Virus record (IMG/VR): IMGVR_UViG_3300048609_000030
Source: an uncultured virus (IMG/VR IMGVR_UViG_3300048609_000030)
Lineage: Duplodnaviria > Heunggongvirae > Uroviricota > Caudoviricetes
Length of the DNA: 20,000 nucleotides
Strand: one strand, 5' to 3'
Position numbers and translations under genes: made by a program. Each line of letters starts with the position of its first letter. Within the stretch, counting starts at the first letter, position 1. Under the pieces are notes generated by a model. It was not told the origin of the DNA. It did not search any database and was given only the letters and a program-made list of their open reading frames with translations. This document shows positions 8,410-16,962 of this stretch, piece by piece.

Positions 8410-9243
8410 ATGGCACTGTCTTACACCGCTGATCCTACAACTGCTCTAAATCGAGGATATGGACAATTCGATATAATCCTAACAAACTGGGGTAACATAG
8501 GGGCGTCAGCTGATTCTAGAAGTGTGAGCACAGGAAGTCAAAATTACTCGCTTGCGGGGCTTGCTATTCATCCAGATAGTGATGTTGAAACGGTCACTAT
8601 CGGAGGGGTAGCTAAGTTTGACCCTGTAGCACCTATACAAACGGTGAGTATTGACACACCATTTATCGGGGATCTGCCTGGTCCGTGGGGTGCTGCTGCG
8701 GTTGCAAAATCACTATTCAACGCTTTCTATCTCCCCGTAGGTTCAAATGTTGGCGCTGTTTTTGGGTTTGGGATGGGTGCAATACTTGGACGTCCAATCT
8801 TTGGAGGCGCGAAAGGCAGTGTTGTAACGCCCCAGTATCCAGTACTCCGACTCATTGCTTTTCTACGACCGTCATTGTATGCACCCACCGAACGAGGCCC
8901 ACTCTACGACACCGGTGGTGACTACCTGACTGTTGGGGCAGGTACCACTATTATGCGTGTGTTGTCTGTACCGGGACGTAGAAGACTGCGTGCTGTGTTT
9001 AAGAGGGGTGTTGCAGTTGGTAGTTGTGACGTACAGCTGACAGCCGCGTTAAACGGATCTCTCGACGCCACCGCTGCTGCTGCGATAGCCGAGTTTGCAC
9101 TGACGGCCCCGCAAACACTAGCAGCGGCAGGTAACCAGGTAACATTTGATCTTCCGATTCCTTCAAGTGTTGATTGGGTGTTTGTCAAAACGACACTTAA
9201 TGCTGGAGCAGCCGATCTCAACTGGTGGATTCAGGCTGTCTAA
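8410..9243 (+). CDS. Putative structural/spike or receptor-binding protein
   Basis: 277 aa, Ala/Gly/Thr/Val-rich, with a beta-sandwich-like C-terminal domain. More T-rich third positions than its neighbours. Confidence 0.55.
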   Translation: MALSYTADPTTALNRGYGQFDIILTNWGNIGASADSRSVSTGSQNYSLAGLAIHPDSDVETVTIGGVAKFDPVAPIQTVSIDTPFIGDLPGPWGAAAVAKSLFNAFYLPVGSNVGAVFGFGMGAILGRPIFGGAKGSVVTPQYPVLRLIAFLRPSLYAPTERGPLYDTGGDYLTVGAGTTIMRVLSVPGRRRLRAVFKRGVAVGSCDVQLTAALNGSLDATAAAAIAEFALTAPQTLAAAGNQVTFDLPIPSSVDWVFVKTTLNAGAADLNWWIQAV

Positions 9244-9270
9244 CATACACAAAGTGAGTGAGGTTTGAAA

Positions 9271-9627
9271 ATGTGGAACCACAGCGGATTCGGTTACTCA
9301 ACTACTGACGTCAATGGCAAGCAAGTAATCGTTGGCGGTACTGCCGACGAGACAGCGGCCATCAAAGCGTTGCAGCAAGCCATCAAGGTGGCCCAGACAG
9401 GAGCGCTTAGTGAGGGCGATGTTGCAATCTTCAACAAGCATACTGGCTTGAGCTGGGCCGGCGTAGAAATCACAGGTAACATCACGCAGGCGATCACGTT
9501 GGCCTTGCAAGGAAAGGCTTCCACGCCGTGGTACAAGGATTGGAAGATCCTTGTTCCCATCGCGCTTGGTGGCGTTGTAGTCGTCGGTGGCGGCGTCTAC
9601 GCGGCTCGGACACGTCGCGCACAGTAA
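9271..9627 (+). CDS. C-terminally anchored membrane protein with a degenerate PG-binding-like domain
   Basis: RBS GAGGT, leader MWNHSGFG, AIKALQQAI, and a PWYKDWKILVPIALGG… TM segment followed by RTRR. Confidence 0.7.
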   Translation: MWNHSGFGYSTTDVNGKQVIVGGTADETAAIKALQQAIKVAQTGALSEGDVAIFNKHTGLSWAGVEITGNITQAITLALQGKASTPWYKDWKILVPIALGGVVVVGGGVYAARTRRAQ

Positions 9628-9638
9628 GGAGGCCTTCA

Positions 9639-10253
9639 ATGGGCCAGCTCAACGCGTTCCCTTGGGACTCGATTTCGTCGATGACCCAGTACGCACAGGC
9701 GGCGGTCGAAGCCGTCAAGGTGCTTCAAGGCTACCTGAAGGTGCCTGCTACCGGCGTTGCCGACGAAGCAACGGTCACGGCAACCAACAAGACGCTCGGG
9801 ACCAACTACGATGCCAACTACATCGTACAGAACGCCATACCGCTAGCCGAACAAGTCCGTCTCAAGGCCGAGACCGGAAGTCCGTCTGGGACAAGTTCTG
9901 GCAGTTCCGGCAGTGCAGCAGCGGCAGCTGCAGCTGCCCAAGCAGCTAGACGTAAGGAAGCGGTGAAAGTGCTACAGGGCCACTTGGGTGTGGTCGCCGA
10001 CGGCATCGTAGGACCGATAACGATGGCCGCGACCAACAAAATCCTCGGGACGCACTACACCGCCGCCTACATCACACAGTACGCCGTGCCGCTAACCGAT
10101 CAAGTCCTTCGTATAGGGCGACAAAGGCCGCCCTGGTACAAGAACTGGAAGATCCTTCTTCCCATCGGGTTGGGTAGCATCGTCATCATCGGCGCCAGTG
10201 TTTGGGCTGGTAAGGCCAGTGCACGCAAGAAGCTGGTAGCACCAACGCCATAA
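9639..10253 (+). CDS. Membrane-anchored protein with two tandem PG-binding-like repeats
   Basis: RBS TAAGGAGG before ATG 9639. Repeats EAVKVLQGYLKVPATGVADEAT / EAVKVLQGHLGVVADGIVGPIT, a Ser/Gly/Ala linker, then a PWYKNWKILLPIGLG TM segment and a basic tail. Confidence 0.75.
   Translation: MGQLNAFPWDSISSMTQYAQAAVEAVKVLQGYLKVPATGVADEATVTATNKTLGTNYDANYIVQNAIPLAEQVRLKAETGSPSGTSSGSSGSAAAAAAAAQAARRKEAVKVLQGHLGVVADGIVGPITMAATNKILGTHYTAAYITQYAVPLTDQVLRIGRQRPPWYKNWKILLPIGLGSIVIIGASVWAGKASARKKLVAPTP
9708..10109 (+). repeat. Intragenic tandem domain duplication (two units of about 51 aa)
   Basis: Units start at 9708 and 9957 and share EAVKVLQG…ATNK.LGT.Y.A.YI.Q.A.PL..QV. Confidence 0.85.
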
Positions 10254-10672
10254 TGCACACCATCGACACTACGACACTAGGAGTTGCTGGCACACCGGTT
10301 CAACTTGAAGGGTGGCTGTCCGACCTTCAGAAGATCGCCAGCAAAGCACCCACGTTGTTGAATCAAATCTCGCCAATTGTCGTAGCCGTCATCGAAGACC
10401 CTGCCCTTCCCGAGGTGTTAGTACGTCTTCGAGCGATTGTAGCAATGGAGCAGGCCATTGCTCGTAAGAAGACGACGTCGGCAGGGTTCGGTGCGTTCGG
10501 AGCTGATCCAGGTGTCAACCTCATCAAGGCAATCCCGTTTCTAGACGCGTATCTCTATCTACGTCAACATCCTTGGGTCGGGATCGCAGCAGGAGCAGGC
10601 GTTGTAGCAGCGCTGTTTGGAGCAGGCTTCGGTGTAGGCCGTTTGACCAAACGCTGCAAGAGTGGATCGTAG
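10253..10672 (+). CDS. C-terminally anchored membrane protein
   Basis: TAATG coupling to the upstream gene. TLG, LEG and GFGAFG motifs. TM segment PWVGIAAGAGVVAALFGAGFGVG followed by a basic tail. Confidence 0.7.
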   Translation: MHTIDTTTLGVAGTPVQLEGWLSDLQKIASKAPTLLNQISPIVVAVIEDPALPEVLVRLRAIVAMEQAIARKKTTSAGFGAFGADPGVNLIKAIPFLDAYLYLRQHPWVGIAAGAGVVAALFGAGFGVGRLTKRCKSGS

Positions 10673-10697
10673 TAACGATCCAGTATAGGATGGGTAC

Positions 10698-11600
10698 ATG
10701 GCTGACCCGAAAAAAGACGTACTCAAGGCGTTGGCAATACTAGAGTCGACGTATCAAAACCTGCGCAAGGTTGCGCAGGCTCAGATATCGATTCTGGCAA
10801 AGAGTGGCGCTAGGTGTACCGAACTACGTGAGTACAACCTACTCATGATGTCAACGTACAACTCACAGGCGGCCTTCTTGGAGATTCTTAGATCTCAAGG
10901 CGTGACCGCACCAGAGTTGCCGCCCTTCCCGACGCTGTTTGCGATGCAGGGGTACTCGGGACAAGACGCTCTCAACATCGACTGCAACAAACTTCCGAAG
11001 TTTGTCGGTCCGACACACATTCGTGTCATCACAAGTGATTCGCAGTTGATGGTCTCTGAGGTTCCAGCATTCAAACAGTTCACAGTGCCTGGTCTTGGTC
11101 TCGTGTTTGAAATACTCGCGGTCGCGGGAATCGTTATCGCGGTCTATGGCGCGCATGCTTGGGTGGACACTGCAAAAGAGGCAACGAAGCAAAAGATCGC
11201 CGATCTTGAAAGCGTACATGAAAGGTCCGAGACAGCGAAAAAGATTGCTGAGCTGCGCAAAGAGTCTTTGGACCGCTGTTGGAATCGTATTGACTTTAGT
11301 GATCCAGCTTTGGTGAGTGCTTGTGCAACCAGTGTTGACAAAGCCATTCCAAGGCTTCCTGATGACTATTACAGCGATGGCAGACCCAAGTATACATCTG
11401 GTATCTGGGGGTCGTTGGGCACACTTGCAATCACTATCGCCGTCGTTGTTGGCGGCATCGCCATCTACAAGCGTGTCAAACGTCGTCGCAGCGGTGGAGA
11501 CGTCAACGTCAACATCGAGACGGATGATGACGATGACGAAGAGCCACCGCGTCTCAGACCTGCAGTCAGAACACACGGACGTGCTATTCGGAGGGCATGA
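10698..11600 (+). CDS. Two-TM membrane protein with an acidic/basic C-terminal tail
   Basis: GLG precedes TM1 (LVFEILAVAGIVIAVYGA). TM2 is followed by KRVKRRR and a poly-Asp run. Confidence 0.7.
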   Translation: MADPKKDVLKALAILESTYQNLRKVAQAQISILAKSGARCTELREYNLLMMSTYNSQAAFLEILRSQGVTAPELPPFPTLFAMQGYSGQDALNIDCNKLPKFVGPTHIRVITSDSQLMVSEVPAFKQFTVPGLGLVFEILAVAGIVIAVYGAHAWVDTAKEATKQKIADLESVHERSETAKKIAELRKESLDRCWNRIDFSDPALVSACATSVDKAIPRLPDDYYSDGRPKYTSGIWGSLGTLAITIAVVVGGIAIYKRVKRRRSGGDVNVNIETDDDDDEEPPRLRPAVRTHGRAIRRA

Positions 11601-12013
11601 TGCACTACAACACAAAAACCTGTCTCAAGATGGCACGTGATATCGAGCGTATTGCCAACGTCACAGCACACCTGGCCAGCGGCGAGGTCCATGCACCAGG
11701 TGCAGGCAAGCCGACAATTCGCGGCACTGTTTTGGGGCCTGACGACGGCGACGTGGTTTACGCGCTACGGTGCGTCACGCCACAAAAGAAGGGCTCTTTT
11801 GGACCAGGCACTTGTGGGGTGTACGAAATCACCCGCAACGGTCCTGGTGTTGCTGCAAAGGGGCTGAAGCCAAAGACTACCGTGGGCAACTTGTTCGGGC
11901 TCGGCGAGCAGTTGGCACGCGATGCGACCCGTCTGTGGGGCTGCATACCTGAACGCGTCAGCGGCTTCGAGGGTGCAAAGACGGGCCGCCGCGCAAAGAA
12001 AGGCAGACGCTAA
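11597..12013 (+). CDS. Basic hypothetical protein
   Basis: ATGA overlap with the upstream gene. LFGLG and GFEG motifs. C-terminal GRRAKKGRR. Confidence 0.7.
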   Translation: MMHYNTKTCLKMARDIERIANVTAHLASGEVHAPGAGKPTIRGTVLGPDDGDVVYALRCVTPQKKGSFGPGTCGVYEITRNGPGVAAKGLKPKTTVGNLFGLGEQLARDATRLWGCIPERVSGFEGAKTGRRAKKGRR

Positions 12014-12585
12014 TGCTGATTGCCAGCTATCTAGGCGTCACCGAACAGGCGTTAGCGCCCGAGCCCGAGCAACCCTCTGACGACGTGTCTCGCGGGTCTA
12101 CGACGATTGTTGCCCGTCGTGGCACGATCACGACCGCGACAGAAGATGCGGTGCGGACTACGGCCGAAAACCTCGTTGCGCGACGTGTGCCGTTGCCAGC
12201 ACCGATAGCTTTTGAGCCAGCTGTCAAGCCGAAGAAGAGTTACCCGATAGGCACCCTTTACTACTACATTCCAGAGACCGGTATGTATATGGTCTCGTTG
12301 CCGCTCAGCGCCAAATCACTGGAAGGCGCGTTTGGAGCGTTCGGGGAAGATGGTGTTACGAACCTGCCTCCTGAACCGACACCAGTAAAACCTGAACTAC
12401 CTGCGCAAGAAACGACAAAAGAGGTTGTGGAAAAGGCTAGTGGCATATCACCCGTGGTACTCATAGAACCTCCACAACCTTCGACACCTATGTGGAAGAA
12501 GTGGCAGTTCTGGGCGGCGGTTAGCGGTGGCGTGGTTGTGCTCGGAACCGGTGGCTATTTCATTCTTCGAGGAGCACGTCGATGA
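12013..12585 (+). CDS. Pro-rich C-terminally anchored membrane protein
   Basis: TAATG coupling. Leader MLIASYLG, an SYPIG mini-domain, LEGAFGAFG, then PMWKKWQFW + TM + RGARR. Confidence 0.7.
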   Translation: MLIASYLGVTEQALAPEPEQPSDDVSRGSTTIVARRGTITTATEDAVRTTAENLVARRVPLPAPIAFEPAVKPKKSYPIGTLYYYIPETGMYMVSLPLSAKSLEGAFGAFGEDGVTNLPPEPTPVKPELPAQETTKEVVEKASGISPVVLIEPPQPSTPMWKKWQFWAAVSGGVVVLGTGGYFILRGARR

Positions 12586-13877
12586 TTGTTGCACAATTTG
12601 GAGCACTTCCTTCCAGCCTAGTCAGACCCGAAAAACCCGGCGGGATTCAGGCAGCACGCCCCAATCGAATCCCTTCTGGGCCGCATGTTGCTGTAGGTCC
12701 ATTTACCTTTCCTGTGAACGTCAACGAGTATTCGTACAAAGCGTCATACAATAAACTTGTAAGTACTGCTGAGGGCCGCGATCTCATGCAGGACATCTTG
12801 CAAGAGGTAAATAGACTATCCAAAGATACGTTGCATGTTTACGGCACTGCCGTAGGAGAGATGGCTGGCGGAAAGTGTTCAGCAGAACATGCCACCACTT
12901 CTAACGGAGTTGCGTTCGTTCCGGCAGTGCCTCGTTGTAAAGACAGAAAAAAAGCTGACGGTCGAGTGTGGCATAGTATTAGAATTCCAGAGGATCACAT
13001 ATGGGATTATCGATATCTTACCGATGATCCAAAGCTCTTAGTTGACGGGCTTCACCAATTACCTGTTTACAGGTTTGAACATCCTGTGAAGCTTGAACCT
13101 TGGGGTGTGTACATCAGTATCAACGAGTATGGCAATTACAAATTTACCGTAAAGAAGGTTGTCAAGTATCCTAGTTGGCTTGCTAGCCTATGGAACTCGT
13201 TTTGGAATGGTCTCAAAGATCTGGTAGCCAAAATCATCGAGTTTTACGGTGATATCTTCGATATCCTCAAAGCTGCCGCATGCAGCATGGCGCAGCCATA
13301 TCTGACAGATCTGAATAAAATCTCGAACCAAAACTATGCAGGTATGGATCTGGTAGCTACTAACGCTAAGTTCTCTGCGATTGGCATTTCTCCAACACAA
13401 CTATCTTCACTAGCGGCCGGAGGTCTTGAAGTTCAGGCAGCAATGGCGATTGGCCAAGAAGTCGCTGCACGGTTCTGTAAACCGTCAGGCAGCGGCGGCG
13501 GCGGCGGTTTCCCTTGGAGCAGTTATCCCAAAGGCTCCGTTGCGCGACTCAACACTACGCGTAATGTTTGGTCTGTCTACGCACCAACCACCACAACTGG
13601 ACTGGGTGATGCGTATGCTTCAGGTGCAGGTCTGGGTGGTGATCCTGTGGAACCACCGGTTCCAGGCGGCACCACAAAAGTCGGGGAAGAACCAGCGACA
13701 GCACCCAAACCTACTGGTGATCCTGTCAAAGATGGCGGCACAGAAGTCGACAAGCCTATCTACAAAAGAGCATGGTTCTGGGCTTTGATCATTGGCGGTG
13801 GTGCAGCCACTGCGGGCGGGATCTATTGGTGGCGAAAGCGGAAAACACCTCCACAGCTCAAGTCAGCTTGGATGTGA
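12582..13877 (+). CDS. Large C-terminally anchored membrane protein
   Basis: ATGA overlap. Leader MIVAQFG, an amphipathic WLASLWNSFWNGLKDLV helix, poly-Gly, an SYPKG mini-domain, two GLG motifs, then PIYKRAWFW + TM + RKRK. Confidence 0.75.
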   Translation: MIVAQFGALPSSLVRPEKPGGIQAARPNRIPSGPHVAVGPFTFPVNVNEYSYKASYNKLVSTAEGRDLMQDILQEVNRLSKDTLHVYGTAVGEMAGGKCSAEHATTSNGVAFVPAVPRCKDRKKADGRVWHSIRIPEDHIWDYRYLTDDPKLLVDGLHQLPVYRFEHPVKLEPWGVYISINEYGNYKFTVKKVVKYPSWLASLWNSFWNGLKDLVAKIIEFYGDIFDILKAAACSMAQPYLTDLNKISNQNYAGMDLVATNAKFSAIGISPTQLSSLAAGGLEVQAAMAIGQEVAARFCKPSGSGGGGGFPWSSYPKGSVARLNTTRNVWSVYAPTTTTGLGDAYASGAGLGGDPVEPPVPGGTTKVGEEPATAPKPTGDPVKDGGTEVDKPIYKRAWFWALIIGGGAATAGGIYWWRKRKTPPQLKSAWM

Positions 13878-13889
13878 TACAGTGGAAAT

Positions 13890-14036
13890 ATGTTGCGACG
13901 CATAGTACGAAGACCTATACGACCGGCACGGCCAGCGGACGATTGTTGCAACCGTCCTGTACAACGTCCCGAGATACAAAGGCCAGGCGTCAGGCGGCCT
14001 GTACAACAACCAGTTAGGCGGCCAGGTTGGTGGTAA
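13890..14036 (+). CDS. 48-aa Arg/Pro-rich peptide (absent from the ORF track)
   Basis: MLRRIVRRPIRPARPADDCCNRPVQRPEIQRPGVRRPVQQPVRRPGWW*. It fills an otherwise empty gap and follows TG-A-TACAGT by 6 nt. Confidence 0.55.
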   Translation: MLRRIVRRPIRPARPADDCCNRPVQRPEIQRPGVRRPVQQPVRRPGWW

Positions 14037-14092
14037 AAGCACGGTGGAGTGAGGATGTGGTGAGGTGCTAACAACCATGGTGAGACTCCAAT

Positions 14093-14374
14093 ATGGAAGT
14101 AACGCTTCTAGAAGCACTTACCGTCTACGGCCCGCTAGGCATACTGGCTGGTGTAGGGTTTTTTGCTTCGCTGAAGATGTTCCGTACTCTGTGTGAGGAG
14201 CGCACGGCAAAAGATCGGGAGTTACAAAAGGTGTCTGTCGAGCATCGAACTGAGATGCAAGCCATGATCGACCGCTACATAAGAACCACGACCTCTCAGG
14301 TCGAGCAGTACCACAACTTAGCCGACAAGATCGGGGCTGTCCTTGAGTCCCTCACTCAGCGTATGCGGAGGTGA
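14093..14374 (+). CDS. Holin-like membrane protein
   Basis: 93 aa with a single N-terminal TM segment (YGPLGILAGVGFFASL) followed by a coiled coil. The call rests on architecture only. Confidence 0.5.
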   Translation: MEVTLLEALTVYGPLGILAGVGFFASLKMFRTLCEERTAKDRELQKVSVEHRTEMQAMIDRYIRTTTSQVEQYHNLADKIGAVLESLTQRMRR

Positions 14375-14377
14375 CCT

Positions 14378-14713
14378 GTGTCGAAAGGAAACGGAACAGC
14401 GCTTCCTACAGGTGCAGGACGGGTGATAGCACTAGTTCAACGATCAGCGCCTGATCCTACACGCCCTAGACTGGCTGATGAATGGGAAACACAACTAGCC
14501 GAGGTAGAAGCACGTAGCGCTGGTTGCTATGCATCAATGGAAGACTTGAGCGATCGACTAGATCAGTTCATACAAGATCTTAGTGATGGTGTTGTAGTCG
14601 AAGAGATCAACGAAGAAGAAGACGACTCATTGGTTTTCCACATCGGCGCCGCTCAATTCGTACTCCCCGTTACTGGCCTCAAAGCCGCTGGAAATGGTTC
14701 CATCAAGCGCTGA
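14378..14713 (+). CDS. Acidic hypothetical protein
   Basis: RBS GGAGGTGA before GTG. 111 aa. Confidence 0.6.
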   Translation: MSKGNGTALPTGAGRVIALVQRSAPDPTRPRLADEWETQLAEVEARSAGCYASMEDLSDRLDQFIQDLSDGVVVEEINEEEDDSLVFHIGAAQFVLPVTGLKAAGNGSIKR

Positions 14714-15466
14714 CGCCAGCAATTCGTAGTCGATCATCGGTAAGAGCGGTTCTAGTTGCGTGGCTTCGTCTTGTATAGCCGCGTTGGCTTCCGGTTCACC
14801 GTGTAGCCATTGAATGCCTTGGAGTACGGTTGCTGGGATAAAGCAATCGTCTTCTACCACTTGGCGTCTCAACCATTGTCCGAATACTCTATCCGCACCT
14901 AATACCCGAGCCCGCTCTTTTCGGATCGGGATGTACGACAGAATGTCTTCTTCGTGCGGAACCGGCAGACCGTACTTGCCGAAGCATTCAGTCTTGTACC
15001 CATTGGACTCGACTAATGCTGCGTCCCAGATGCTGCTACGGATAGCCCATTCGGCATCCGTCATATCCGGTGTGCGTAGATACTGGAAAGGCTCTACGTG
15101 TTCCTGCGCCTCCCAAAGAGCAACTACCTCTTCGTTTTGTGTTTGTAGCAGGATCAAGGTGTCGTCATGAGACGGGTAGAGCGTGAGATGTATGTCTGTC
15201 TCTTGTACGACGCCGGTTGCGTGAGCTTGCCGATGCGCCTTAAGCAGTACTCGGTAGGCCACAGTCAAGGGTGTCTCGGTGGTCGAGTACGAAAGACCGC
15301 CGATGATTGGTGGCAGCTCCAAGACGCGTTGATCGATAACGTAGGCGCACAGCACAGCTGCCTGTTTGCATACAGCTTTGTAGAGCAACGGTTTGGCCTG
15401 TGTGAAAAAGGCTGCTACCAGGTTTGGTGCGTTGGGGGACTGAGGAGCGAGACGATATCCTCTCAT
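14627..15466 (-). CDS. Hypothetical protein
   Basis: 279-aa ORF with RBS GAGGT. Its 3' end overlaps the convergent gene by 87 nt. Confidence 0.7.
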   Translation of the reverse strand: MRGYRLAPQSPNAPNLVAAFFTQAKPLLYKAVCKQAAVLCAYVIDQRVLELPPIIGGLSYSTTETPLTVAYRVLLKAHRQAHATGVVQETDIHLTLYPSHDDTLILLQTQNEEVVALWEAQEHVEPFQYLRTPDMTDAEWAIRSSIWDAALVESNGYKTECFGKYGLPVPHEEDILSYIPIRKERARVLGADRVFGQWLRRQVVEDDCFIPATVLQGIQWLHGEPEANAAIQDEATQLEPLLPMIDYELLASALDGTISSGFEASNGEYELSGADVENQ

Positions 15467-15534
15467 GTAACCTCTTGAAACATATAAAGTATTACATATT
15501 GAATAGTTGTACGCTATCTACGTCCGATACTATC

Positions 15535-15933
15535 ATGACAGTCGGCAAGTCGGAAGACTTCGTATCGCCACTCGTCTGTAAACATTGCGGTGGTCCGGTG
15601 GGAGCGTTGCGTCTGGCCGATCACTATCTCCACGACAACGCCACCGAGTGGTATGCCGGCAAGCAGATGGACCACGACGCAGAGGTGGCACTCGGTATTT
15701 GCCACTTCTGGGTTCGCAACGTCCAGCTTCTGGGTTACGGCGCACGGCCAAACATGTTCATTCCGCCTGGAACTGTCGGCGACATGGAGGTTATCGAAAC
15801 TACCATAGACGCGCATGTTCTACAGGCAAACTTCTATCCAGGCGGAGGAGGCCACGGCTCCGGCCTTGTGGTCTATCCCAAATGGCGGTATGAGGTGCTC
15901 GAAAAGCATGGTGGTGCCGCAAGACAAGTGTAG
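15535..15933 (+). CDS. Hypothetical protein with CxxC and His residues (possible Zn binding)
   Basis: From ATG 15535, after an AT-rich divergent spacer. Contains CKHCGG…H…DHDAE. Confidence 0.55.
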   Translation: MTVGKSEDFVSPLVCKHCGGPVGALRLADHYLHDNATEWYAGKQMDHDAEVALGICHFWVRNVQLLGYGARPNMFIPPGTVGDMEVIETTIDAHVLQANFYPGGGGHGSGLVVYPKWRYEVLEKHGGAARQV

Positions 15934-16288
15934 CGATCCGTACGCCGTTGATGTACGAGTGACAACGAACGGTGAATGCCTACGCCTGAGGCTAGAGGAC
16001 GGGCGCGAATTCTGCGTTCCATTCGCGTGGTACCGAGGCCTGCGGCTTGCACCACTGACTGCAAGGCGAAGAATGACCAAGTGGTCAGGCATCGGCGTTG
16101 AGTGGCCCGACATCAGCCGAGACTTGAGCGTCCGCGGCATGGTAACCGACTGTATCGATCACGGCGTCGAGCCGACGTATTGGCGTAAGCCGCAGCGGAG
16201 GACAGCAGGACGTCCAGCGCAGCCTCAGCGACGCGAGAGACGTCGAGCGAAGAAGTAGATGCTCGAAAAGCATGGTGGTACCGCCAGA
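15896..16288 (+). repeat. Direct repeat pair flanking the DUF2442 gene
   Basis: TGCTCGAAAAGCATGGTGGT (20 nt identical) at 15896-15915 and 16260-16279, extending to 29 nt with 2 mismatches. Confidence 0.9.
15908..16258 (+). CDS. DUF2442-family protein (putative antitoxin)
   Basis: AVDVRV…LRLRLEDGREFCVPFAWYRGL…GIGVEWPDISRDLSVRGM follows the DUF2442 pattern, with an Arg-rich tail. Start uncertain. Confidence 0.8.
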   Translation: MVVPQDKCSDPYAVDVRVTTNGECLRLRLEDGREFCVPFAWYRGLRLAPLTARRRMTKWSGIGVEWPDISRDLSVRGMVTDCIDHGVEPTYWRKPQRRTAGRPAQPQRRERRRAKK

Positions 16289-16293
16289 TAGGA

Positions 16294-16626
16294 ATGCAAA
16301 ACATGCTCGGAATGGCAAATCTACGACCGGAGCAAACTGGTGTCCCGGTCGTCCTGCACGCACTCAAAAACGTTGAACATCGAGCGCGTCATGCACCGAG
16401 GATCAAGGCGTTCCCTGGGCGACCGCACGCGGGAAACGCGACGATCATCTCGATCCCGACCCACGACGAGGATAGTGCCCAAGTGGTGGGCAGAGCGACG
16501 ATCCGTGGCACTGCATTGCAGCAGGCGCTCGAATTCGTTGATTTGAACTGGGAAGCGTTGCTGCTCTACTGGTATGAACTAGAGTTTGGCGAGGCCGAGT
16601 TGCGTGATCGATTGAAAGAAGTGTAA
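16294..16626 (+). CDS. DUF4160-like protein (paralog 2; start possibly 16312)
   Basis: MANLRPEQTGVP…HAPRIKA…FVDLNWEALLLYW. Adjacent to DUF2442, its usual partner. Confidence 0.65.
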   Translation: MQNMLGMANLRPEQTGVPVVLHALKNVEHRARHAPRIKAFPGRPHAGNATIISIPTHDEDSAQVVGRATIRGTALQQALEFVDLNWEALLLYWYELEFGEAELRDRLKEV

Positions 16627-16634
16627 TTCAGCAA

Positions 16635-16952
16635 CTACGCGGCTAATAGGCGGCACGCAGGTTCTTTGTGTAGTTGGCACAAACCAGAATAGTACACCTT
16701 GTCCTCAGCAAGGTGGTCCATACTTATTTCACGCGCTTGGTACGGATCGTTCGTGTGTTCCAGTTCGATCAAGGTACCGACCAACAACTGTGTTGGATCG
16801 AAGTCAGACGGTTTCCTACCTGCCGCTCTTCCACCTGGTATTGCCTCGTCGTAGCCCAACTGGTGGGCGCGACGAGAGACGTAGATCGCACCTCCGATGG
16901 TTGCGAGACCAACCGCACCCGCAGCTAGTAGTATGTAATTCTCTGTCCTCAT
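16635..16952 (-). CDS. DUF5661-like protein with an N-terminal TM segment
   Basis: TM YILLAAGAVGLATIGGAIYV, then QLG, then FDPTQLLVGTLIELEHT…AREISMDHLAED..YY. Confidence 0.7.
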   Translation of the reverse strand: MRTENYILLAAGAVGLATIGGAIYVSRRAHQLGYDEAIPGGRAAGRKPSDFDPTQLLVGTLIELEHTNDPYQAREISMDHLAEDKVYYSGLCQLHKEPACRLLAA

Positions 16953-16962
16953 ACCCAGTATC

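Noticed and set aside
10863..11615. 250-aa minus-strand ORF and similar antisense ORFs (1051..1530, 3393..3896)
   Set aside because: They are shadows of well-supported + strand genes.
15896..16288. CRISPR array interpretation of the direct repeats
   Set aside because: There are only two copies, 364 nt apart, and no cas genes.
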